From positions 87,234,001 through 87,298,000 of the forward strand of contig OX597816.1 in NCBI GenBank assembly GCA_951406725.2: a stretch of DNA of 64,000 bases, given 5' to 3'. Within the stretch, counting starts at the first letter, position 1; each line of letters opens with the position of its first letter. Source of the DNA: Octopus vulgaris (taxonomy: Eukaryota). A program made the position numbers and the translations under genes. The notes beneath the pieces are model-generated. The model was not told the DNA's origin. It was given only the letters and a program-made list of their open reading frames with translations, and made no database searches. This document shows positions 53,093-64,000 of this stretch, piece after piece.

Positions 53093-53855
53093 CAACGTCA
53101 ACATCGAAATAAGTTATTATTATCATTAGTGTCAATGCCATTCTATTTTTATTTTAATAGCTGAGCTTTTATGAAGATAGTTCCCATGGCACAAGTTTAA
53201 AGGCGACCAGAAAGCTAATCTAGGGCTGCATATACGACTTATTTATGACTCACAAGAATATATAGTCAAGCATGTATATTCAAGCATGTATGTATATATG
53301 TTAGCTTTCCCGTTGCTATATCTGTATGTTTTGAACGTGTATACATGCATATGTGTGTGTGTGTGTATATATATATAAATATATTTATATATCAATGCCT
53401 TTTTTATGCTTTTCGATTGCATGAATGTTTGCCTATAGCGTGTGTGTGTATGGGGGTAGGTAGGTAGGTAGGTAGGTAGGTAGGTATGTAGGTAGGTAGG
53501 TAGGTAGGTAGGTGGGTAGGTAGATAAGTAAAAATATATGTAAGCACGAATGTATTTATACCTGCATGTATTCATTTAAGTATGCATATGGGAATGTGTG
53601 TGTATATATGTATGATGTGTTTGTGTGTATGTGTGAGTGTGTGTGTGTGTGTGTGTGTACGAGCGCGTTTTTGTGTTTGTGTTTGTCCCCTCACCATCGC
53701 ATGACAACCGATGTTGATGTGTTTACGTCCCCGTAACTTAGAGGTTCGGCAAAAGAGACCGATAGAATAAGTACTAGACTTACAAAGAATAAGTCGTGGG
53801 ATCGATTTGTTCGACTATATATATGTATGTATATATGTATGTATGTATGCATGTA

Positions 53856-53901
<46 letters not shown>

Positions 53902-53914
53902 AACATAATATTTC

Positions 53915-53945
<31 letters not shown>

Positions 53946-54149
53946 TGCAGACAAATATGTTAGCGATCTGTATATCATACCTAAAGCATATTTACTGTAG
54001 AAAGCCTTCTAAACAGCGGTATTCGTCTAAAGAATGCATCGCTTGTAAGCGTATAGTATTAAAAAGACAGAAATATATCAGCAGCTGGCGAAAACATCCC
54101 AGCAGCAAAGGGAGCATTGTTAAATCCGAGTTTCTGCTCCTTTGAGCTT

Positions 54150-54800
54150 CCTCAGACGCAAGTATCCACTGGCACTGCATGCGAAGTGAATATCGGCATA
54201 TATCTGATATTGTTAGTGGGATTGAAAAGTTACTATTTAGTTGGAAGGTTGAATAACAGTTCGTTATTAATAACTGCGATATTTGTTATAGACAAGAGCG
54301 ATATGAGTTAAACAAATATCAATTACGATAACAAATCCAAGAAAAATAGAATGGGTAATAAAAAATTACTTGTGTGACGCACCCTTCAGGATTCATATAA
54401 CCACAAACATCCGAGGTAAATTCTGAAATAATATTTTTTCTTTAAAGTAGGTATCGAAAAATATTCGATCGGCATACTGTAAAACTTGCATACTCTTCTA
54501 CACCTAAATTGGCAGATATTATAGCGACACTTAACACAAAAACATTGAACACTTTCGAGACGAAAAAACCTACTAGTTCTTATTCTGGGAATATAAAACA
54601 ATCTACGTTCACCTTCAGTGAAACTCATATATCTACTTATGATAAAGAGGCCGATAGCATCTTCATGTCTTATATAGAGCATGGTATTAACGCCAATACA
54701 TTAAATAGAAACTATTACAGCTATAGGCCTAGAGAAATATGTAACTGTAGAAACCGTTTAAGTATAATGCCTAAGGTAAAAATGCATAAATGTTCGGTAG
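54150..54800 (+). pseudogene. Possible degraded Penelope-like RT-to-endonuclease linker region
   Basis: TLNTFETKKPTSSYSGNIKQ and EICNCRNR(..C..KC) resemble the KxSYS..N.K and CNCR..CP..GKC motifs of PLE ORFs. Many stops and frameshifts. Confidence 0.45.
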
Positions 54801-55159
54801 TAACACCTGGAAGTGTATATTACTACATAAACATTTCTGTTACAAAATTTATGATCATATGTATAATCGTGTAAGGGTGACTGATACCAGGACCACTCAT
54901 TTCAGGAAAACTCATATCGGACAATTGATTTGTAGGACAACTTATAAAGTAATAAAGATTTGATTTTGAAAGAAAAATCAAGTAAGAATAAAATAACAAA
55001 TATTGAAGGAAAAACGGGGTATTTTTCTTTTTTGGACAATGAAAACTAAAAATATTAAAGACTGTCAATATAAAAGGAATTTACTAAAACTGAAACTACG
55101 TGCAGATTATATGCCACAGCTTTTAAGGAAGACATTTTCTGGCAAGGATTATACTTTTC

Positions 55160-55610
55160 AAGAAAAAATTATCAGTCGCTTGTTGTGGTCTTTGTAAACC
55201 TGTTTTGAAGTTATTTGCACTCCGCGTTCCAAATCAATTTTCTTTTTCTGTGCCAAAACTTTAGTGTATTTATTGATTTTCAGATATTCGGATGTTGAAG
55301 TTGAATTTTGTAAGGCATTATGAAAATCTTCAAGGCTATTATTAGTTCTAGTCATGCCAGTTGAAACCCTCTCTCAAATATTCCATACTTCAATTGGAAT
55401 TATTGGAGCCAGATGATATCTTGTAGCGCCTCTTCCTCTTTCAGGTCCTATGTAAGTCATTTCAAAATACGACACAAATTCTTGTGGCAAACCTTCGTTG
55501 TCGGACAGTTCGTATGCTACAATAACATTATTCACTGGTAAAAAAAAAAAAAACAAGTGCTGTAAAGCACTTTATCTTTAGACGAAATACTTCATCAGTA
55601 TTATACAGTG
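55160..55610 (-). pseudogene. MULE (Mutator-like) transposase C-terminal relic
   Basis: YNTDEVFRLKIKCFTAL..FLP, FVSYFEMTYIG, PIEVWNI and RTNNSLEDFHNAL follow the MULE-type RTNNxxEGxH pattern. Confidence 0.75.
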
Positions 55611-56342
55611 AAGTGAAGCAAACTAGCGTCTGCTTCACTTCCCTGATGAGGTCTTAAAAAGCCGAAGCATATCCAAAGTTGCCGCTATACTGTTTAAAAT
55701 TATACCCACTTCCCATTGCAATCTGTATTTAATTTTAATTCATTCAAATTTTGGTGTTGTCTCCCGCATATGTTTGAACAGAAATAGTTATTTAGAGAGA
55801 TTTGTTCCCATTAGTTTAGTTGTAAAGTTAATACATTGAATTTCTTTTGCTTGAAACACAGTGGACTCTGTTAAAGCACCGAAAGAAGCTAGCACGTATT
55901 CGTGTAGAACTGAGAGACAGATTAAATCATAACGAAAGCATGGCAACAATTGGCAGCTGCTATACAGTTTCTGCTTAAGATTGTATAAGTTGTAAAGTAT
56001 CGCTTGCTACACCAAAAAATGCTTTGCTCATGGTGAAAGTTAGAATAATGCTTTTGCAAGCTCTGCAATTGCTTTAGATTATATTACACCATTGGAAAGA
56101 AACAGGGAAGTAAATATTGATTCCTGCATATCCAAATCAAACAGGTTAAGCAAGCAGGAATTAAACTCCAGTGGTACAAGAAATAATTATATATGCTTTG
56201 GATATGAGTGGAAACGGAAAAGGAAGCAAGCCGTTTTCTTTCTTCGTCGATTTTCAGTTAAAATCACGAATTGTTTATTTTTCCTTGGTTATGTTAACCA
56301 GTTATGAAATGTCATAATATATTTCTGCTCTCACTTTCTCTT

Positions 56343-56388
<46 letters not shown>

Positions 56389-56520
56389 ATATGTGCACAT
56401 ACATATATGCATATATACTAAAGGAGCAGACTCACACATTCACATATAAACATACCTACAAACATATAAGCATACATAAATACATACATACATGTACAAA
56501 ATACTATGCACAAACACAAA

Positions 56521-56918
56521 GGCGGCGAGCTGGCAGAAACGTTAGCACGCCGGGTGAAATGCGTAGCCGTATTTCGTCTGCCGTTACGTTGTGAGTTCAA
56601 ATTCCGCCGAGGTCGACTTTGCCTTTCATCCTTTCGGGGTCGATAAATTAAGTACCAGTTACGCACTGGGGTCGATGTAATCGATTTAATCCGCTTGTCT
56701 GTCCTTGTTTGTCTCCCCTGTGTTTAGCCCCTTGTGGGTAGTAAAGAAATAGGTATTTCGTCTGTCTTTACGTTTTGAGTTCAAATTCTGCTGAGGTCGA
56801 CTTTGCCTTTCATCCTTTCGGGGTCGATAAATTAAGTACCAGTTGCGTACTGAGGTTGATCTAATCGACTGGCCCTCTTCCCAAAAATTTCGGGCCTTGT
56901 GCCTAGAGTAGAAAAGAA
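56521..56918 (+). mobile_element. SINE family 2, dimeric form
   Basis: Core repeated at ~56570-56685 and ~56753-56870. Confidence 0.88.
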
Positions 56919-58080
56919 TATGCACAAACACAGGGTTCCCATCGGTTATTCTCACAACCAGCCGTTGGTTATCAAGTAAGCACAAGTCACATGTCCATTA
57001 CTTAATCTTGATAGTGCCTTAACGGCAAATACATATAAACCACACCTAAAGAAATTATTGGTTAATATGTATGGAAGTACTATATTTATTTTTAAAAACG
57101 TAAGACAACAAGCAATCGATAACAACGGAGCGAATTAGAAGATGGCATTCAAATAAACTGGCATTGAATAGAATATCTCCTCCCACGGGGTGACACTGAA
57201 GCATTCAGTTTTAAGGTTGTTCCTTTAAGATGGTTCATAACCAGGATCTCATCCAGTCTGTTGTAAAATACTACGTTTAGTCTAGAGTGAACAAAATCTA
57301 TCAGTCACCACATGTGATTTGTCATTAGCTTGTTAAATGCAGATACAGTACCTGTATGACATGGAACCTTTCCTATAATAACTTTCGGTACTAGTGATTA
57401 TTTCTCAGAGCATTCGAAACTGATGAGGTTTATGCAGATATCGGTTAGCGTGAAGATAAGTTTTATATCAACATTTTTTGGGGGGTTTTTTTAAGAAAAT
57501 GAGAATGTGAAGTGGGGAAGAATTCAGAAAGTTAAAGTTTAATGGAGAAATAACTGTGAAAATTTGCTTAACGTTGTGTCAGAAATAAGACACTGCAATG
57601 GTCGATGGGGAAAGCAAAAACACGTTGGAATAGTGAACCTGGTTGGAGACGGCATAAAGTTGGCTTGTTCAGAAGAGCAGATGACATGATGGTACCTATA
57701 TAAATGGCAGAGAGAAGAAAGATCATAACTTCAGGCCAGTGGATGAGACATGTTCGTCTGTGAATCATTGCCAATGAATCGAGAGATCGTCAAGATGCAG
57801 GCTAGGATGCTTGTGATGTAGCGACAACATTGATCCATAGATATGAAAGGTACTATAATGTAGGTCTTTTTTGAGTTTTCGGGGACCAGGTATTCCCTGT
57901 CTCTAAAAGGGAATCACTATCTTTGTGGTGCGTTTTTGACAAGTTATAGTATCGTGACACACATGACTGAAAGGGGGTAAAAAGGTTGGGTTAGTCTAAA
58001 GTTACCTTCTAATATTGCATTTCATTCAAGATGCGGCGGCTCAAGCTAAAAAGGGAGGAGAATGGGAAGGCAGCAGGGGG

Positions 58081-58217
58081 GAAGAAGAAGAAGAAGAAGA
58101 AGAAGAAGAAGAAGAAGAAGAAGAAGAAGAAGAAGAAGAAGAAGAAGAAGAAGAAGAAGAAGAAGAAGAAGAAAAGAAGAAGAAGAAGAAGAAGAAGAAG
58201 AAGAAGAAGAAGAAGAA
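58081..58217. repeat. (GAA)n microsatellite, an example of dozens of TA/CA/GATA/TAGG/TAA tracts in the window
   Basis: Read directly from the sequence. Confidence 0.95.
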
Positions 58218-58559
58218 GGGGTGTATATTTCACGCTAATTTTAATTTAATTTATTTTATTTTATTGGCCTTTAGGTGTTTTCATTTCAGAAATCCTATGG
58301 GTGGAGGGTCACAATACGAAGTTTTTTTTTGTTTTTTTTTTTACATTTTTGTAACATTATCACATTCATGTGAATCATATCATTTACTTACTTGCTTACG
58401 CATTGCAGTCTAACTGGTGCCAAGTGAATTTCGTACATTTGAACAATAAAACTCTTAGTAAAGTGATCTTATTACTTGCCAACAAAGCAGGTAACCTTGA
58501 ACGAGCAAATATACAAAGATGATAGATAATAAATTCAACAAATCCAGCTTTAGATTTCA

Positions 58560-58603
<44 letters not shown>

Positions 58604-58709
58604 TAATAATAATAATGATTCGGTTGGTAAGTTTAGTGGAGCTTGGCGTTATATTGTATGCTCATATATATACTCATCCACATATTATATGTGTATATAT
58701 AATACTCAT

Positions 58710-58762
<53 letters not shown>

Positions 58763-58914
58763 TACATATATCTATCTATGTATGTATATATATGTATATA
58801 TATACATATATCTATCTATGTATGTATATATATGTATATATATATATATATATGTATGTATGTGTGTGTGTATGTGTGTGTGTGTGTGTGTATGTATATA
58901 TATGTATATGTATG

Positions 58915-58995
<81 letters not shown>

Positions 58996-59433
58996 TTTAG
59001 TTCATGCGTGTAAGAATCGGTGTGGCGGCATTATTTTGTTTAACCGTGCAGAGAAAGTTACGTCTGAAGGCTGGAAACATTACTTTTATCTTTCTTGTTT
59101 TTCTGTTTCTAATAAAGTAAATTACGAAGAAAAACTTCTTCTTTATCTGTCTTTCTTTGTGTATGTGTGCATTTTTTTCTTTTTTTTTTTTTGTTCTCCC
59201 TTTTAAGAGAAATTGCCAAATGAGCTATTATGGCAATTTTTTGAAAAGCAAACAGACGTGTTTTACAAACTGATATTTACTAAAATCAGCAAAATCTACA
59301 ATCTTTATTTGCAGACAGTATTTACTTTTTCTTTGAGTGGACTCACTAACCTTTATCGCTAAAAAATTATCCATCTGGGTGGTCCCGATAAAGTACAGTG
59401 TGTTAATGTATAATACATACATACATACATACA

Positions 59434-59471
<38 letters not shown>

Positions 59472-59521
59472 ACAAATATATATAGGTAAAAATGTAGATA
59501 TACATATGTATGTGTATGTGC

Positions 59522-59648
<127 letters not shown>

Positions 59649-59665
59649 TATATATATATATATAG

Positions 59666-59768
59666 GTACATGTGCGGTAAGAAGGTTGCTTCCCAACTAT
59701 ACGGTTCCGAGTTCAGTCCCAATGCGTGACACCTTGGGCAAGTATCTTCTACTATAACCAAAGCCTGT

Positions 59769-59770
<2 letters not shown>
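59666..59770 (+). mobile_element. SINE family 1, 5' fragment with private variants
   Basis: TTCCCAACTATACGGTTCCGAGTTCAGTCCC versus the usual AACCACATGGTTCCGGGTTCAGTCCC. Confidence 0.8.
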
Positions 59771-59803
<33 letters not shown>

Positions 59804-59811
<8 letters not shown>

Positions 59812-61095
59812 ATGAGGGTGTCTAAAAGACACCAACATGCCGAAATAGCAGTCGAAACACTGACTATAGTACCACGTTAAATGTTCATATCGCACCATGA
59901 GGTAAAGCGGAGGGACAAAACATACAAGCAAAAATTAATGAATAATTCAAGATCCAAGGATTTCTGGTTCTGCTTTAGATAAGCTTTACCGTCATCAATT
60001 GAATATATCAAGGGTACATAAATACAGATATATATATGCACAGCAAACGATATACTTACATATACGAGCGTCGTACATACATACATATGCACGTATGGAC
60101 ACAGCCAGTCTGAATCGCCCGCCAAATCACCGCATAAGTACGACATGGTTAAAATAAGCACCGCAGTGAATATAATAACGAATTATATAAATTTATATAT
60201 GAGGATAATATCGATATTTAAGTGTCGAAATTATCAACTATACGGTTCCGAGTTTTTACAAAGGTAAAAAAATTTTTAACAATTAAAAATGAGGGTGTCT
60301 AAAAAACACCAACATGCCGAAATAGCAGTCGAACCTCATGGTGCGATATGAACATTTAACGTGGTACTATAGTCAGTGTTTCGACTGCTATTTCGGCATG
60401 TTGGTGTCTTTTAGACACCCTCATTTTTAATTGTTAAAAATATGTAAGTATATCGTATATGTAAGTATATCGTTTGCTGTGCATATATATATCTGTATTT
60501 ATGTACCCTTGATATATTCAATTGATGACGGTAAAGCTTATCTAAAGCAGAACCAGAAATCCTTGGATCTTGAATTATTCATTAATTTTTGCTTGTATGT
60601 TTTGTCCCTCCGCTTTACCTCATGGTGCGATATGAACATTTAACGTGGTACTATAGTCAGTGTTTCGACTGCTATTTCGGCATGTTGGTGTCTTTTAGAC
60701 ACCCTCATTTTTAATTGTTAAAAATATGTAAGTATATCGTATATGTAAGTATATCGTTTGCTGTGCATATATATATCTGTATTTATGTACCCTTGATATA
60801 TTCAATTGATGACGGTAAAGCTTATCTAAAGCAGAACCAGAAATCCTTGGATCTTGAATTATTCATTAATTTTTGCTTGTATGTTTTGTCCCTCCGATTT
60901 ACCTCATGGTGCGATATGAACATTTAACGTGGTACTATAGTCAGTGTTTCGACTGCTATTTCGGCATGTTGGTGTCTTTTAGACACCCTCATTTTTAATT
61001 GTTAAAAATTTTTTTACCTTTGTAAGGTATTTCTTTCATGCTGGCCACTTGATAATTTCGACACTTAAATATCGATATTATCCTCATATATAAAT
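59804..61095. mobile_element. Hammerhead-bearing tandem/inverted repeat element (retrozyme-like): 477-bp unit, then an inverted array with a 284-bp period
   Basis: 59804 repeats at 60281; the inversion junction is at 60333/60334; 60334-~60720 repeats 284 bp downstream almost identically. Confidence 0.85.
60516..60575 (+). ncRNA. Type I hammerhead variant (C3U); identical copies at 60800-60859 (+) and 59945-60004 (-)
   Basis: AUUCAA-UUGAUGA-C-GGU..GCUU..AAGC..ACC-A-GAAA-UCC-UU-GGA-UC-UUGAAU. Confidence 0.62.
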
Positions 61096-61102
61096 TTATA
61101 TA

Positions 61103-61137
<35 letters not shown>

Positions 61138-61428
61138 GTATAAATATATATATATATGTATATGTATATATATGTATATGTATATGTATGTATATGTATA
61201 TATATATGTATGTATATATATGTATATATGTATATATATATATGTATATATATATGTATATATGTATATATATATGTATATATGTATATATATATGTGTG
61301 TATATATATGTATATATATATGTATATGTATATGTATATATATATATATGTATATATATGTGTATATATATACATATATATACATGTATATAACATATAT
61401 ATATGTATATATATACATATATATATAA

Positions 61429-62210
61429 CCGCTCACAGCCTCTAACAATATCAGAGACCTGGGTGTAATTGTTGATGACGATCTCAGTTGGAGTGCACAC
61501 ATCAACAAGAAGGTCGATATAGCTCGTAGGATGAGTTCCTGGATCTTAAGAACTTTCCGGTCCAGAGAACAAGGTGTCATCATACCACTTTTCTCCTCCT
61601 TTGTATGGCCACACCTCGAATACTGCTGCCCACTGTGGTCTCCCCATACAAGACAAAACATCTCGAGGATTGAATCACCCCAGAGGGCACTCACTAAACG
61701 AATTGAAGGCATGGCTGCTCTCGATTATTGGGATCGCCTTAAAGCCTTGAAACTCTACTCTCTCCAGCGTCGCCGTGAGCGGTACATCATTTGTACGATG
61801 TGGAGAATATACCGCCAACTTTGTCCAAACGACCTGAACATTAGCTTCAAGGTTCATCCAAGACTGGGACCACGGGCCATACGTCCCCTGCCCAATTCAA
61901 GATCACAGCATACATGTACACTGCAACAATTTCTTTTCCCCTATTTAACATTGTCCCGAAAGAAATCAAAGAGGAAAAGGATCCCATCAACTTTAAACGG
62001 AGTCTGGATAGATTCCTTCAAAGAATACCAGATAAGCCACCCATAATTGGATACAACTCACCCAACAACAACTCACTACTTGAATGGACCATAAACAAAA
62101 CTTGACTTAAACAGGATTCGAATAATCCTATCAGGTGGTGCTATTAAGTTAGACATGGCCTGGACCAATCTTTGGTCGAAACATATCTAAGTTTATCTAA
62201 GTCTAAGTTT
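61429..62210 (+). mobile_element. 5'-truncated CR1-group LINE (RT C-terminus, 3' stem-loop, CTAAGT-type tail)
   Basis: [41 protein letters not shown]; frameshift near 61925; stop at 62105; hairpin 62149-62190; inserted in (TA)n. Confidence 0.88.
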
Positions 62211-62460
62211 ATATATATATATATATATTCTTGTGGGAGGCATAGTAGACGAATGCTTAAAAAAATTTTCGTAATCACTAAGTTGCAGGTTCCATTGCGT
62301 GGTGTAGAATCTTCGGCAATAACCTGTTATCATATCCTTCAACTGAGCCTAAGTCTTGTAAATACATGGCACTATAATGTATCAGACACTTGAAGTGACT
62401 TAGACTCTACCAGAAGTATACTAAAAGGGTATACGCGTCTGTGGAATTCACTCTATAATT

Positions 62461-64000
<1,540 letters not shown>

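Noticed and set aside
57570-57960. LINE endonuclease fragment on the minus strand (PTLC..IDHC)
   Set aside because: The resemblance is too weak to support without a profile search.
60334-61010. CRISPR-like array or duplicated 70-aa gene
   Set aside because: Whole 284-bp units repeat with no unique spacers and no cas genes, in a eukaryotic context. The ORF is incidental.
62149-62200. Hammerhead-like GACCAA..TTGGTC-GAAAC motif
   Set aside because: No CUGANGA. Its position before the terminal tandem repeats fits the ordinary CR1-group 3' recognition stem-loop.

Overview
AT-rich eukaryotic non-genic DNA, dense in microsatellites and transposon relics. The SINE families and repeat landscape look like an octopus/cephalopod genome (inferred, not verified). 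I find no convincing host exon, and most ORF-track calls are translations of (TA)n, (CA)n, (GATA)n or (ATT)n. Recognisable content: three tRNA-headed SINE families, CR1-type and R4/Dong-type LINE fragments, an ORF1-only L1/Tx1-like insertion with a 15-bp TSD, mariner/MULE/hAT/Helitron relics, and many non-coding Penelope-like or retrozyme-like elements carrying about 16 hammerhead (HHR) motifs. Main result: four copies in three sequence families of about 775-810-bp non-coding elements (694-840, 34544-34685, 35318-35459, 41259-41347; minus strand) contain a complete hammerhead core in a rearranged, non-circularly permuted, pseudoknotted strand order, supported by compensatory changes. Also notable: a tRNA-promoter SINE that carries an HHR and integrates with Penelope-like geometry, a 284-bp tandem HHR repeat (candidate circRNA retrozyme), and a locally templated 20-nt insertion. 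All structures were derived by eye; activity is untested.
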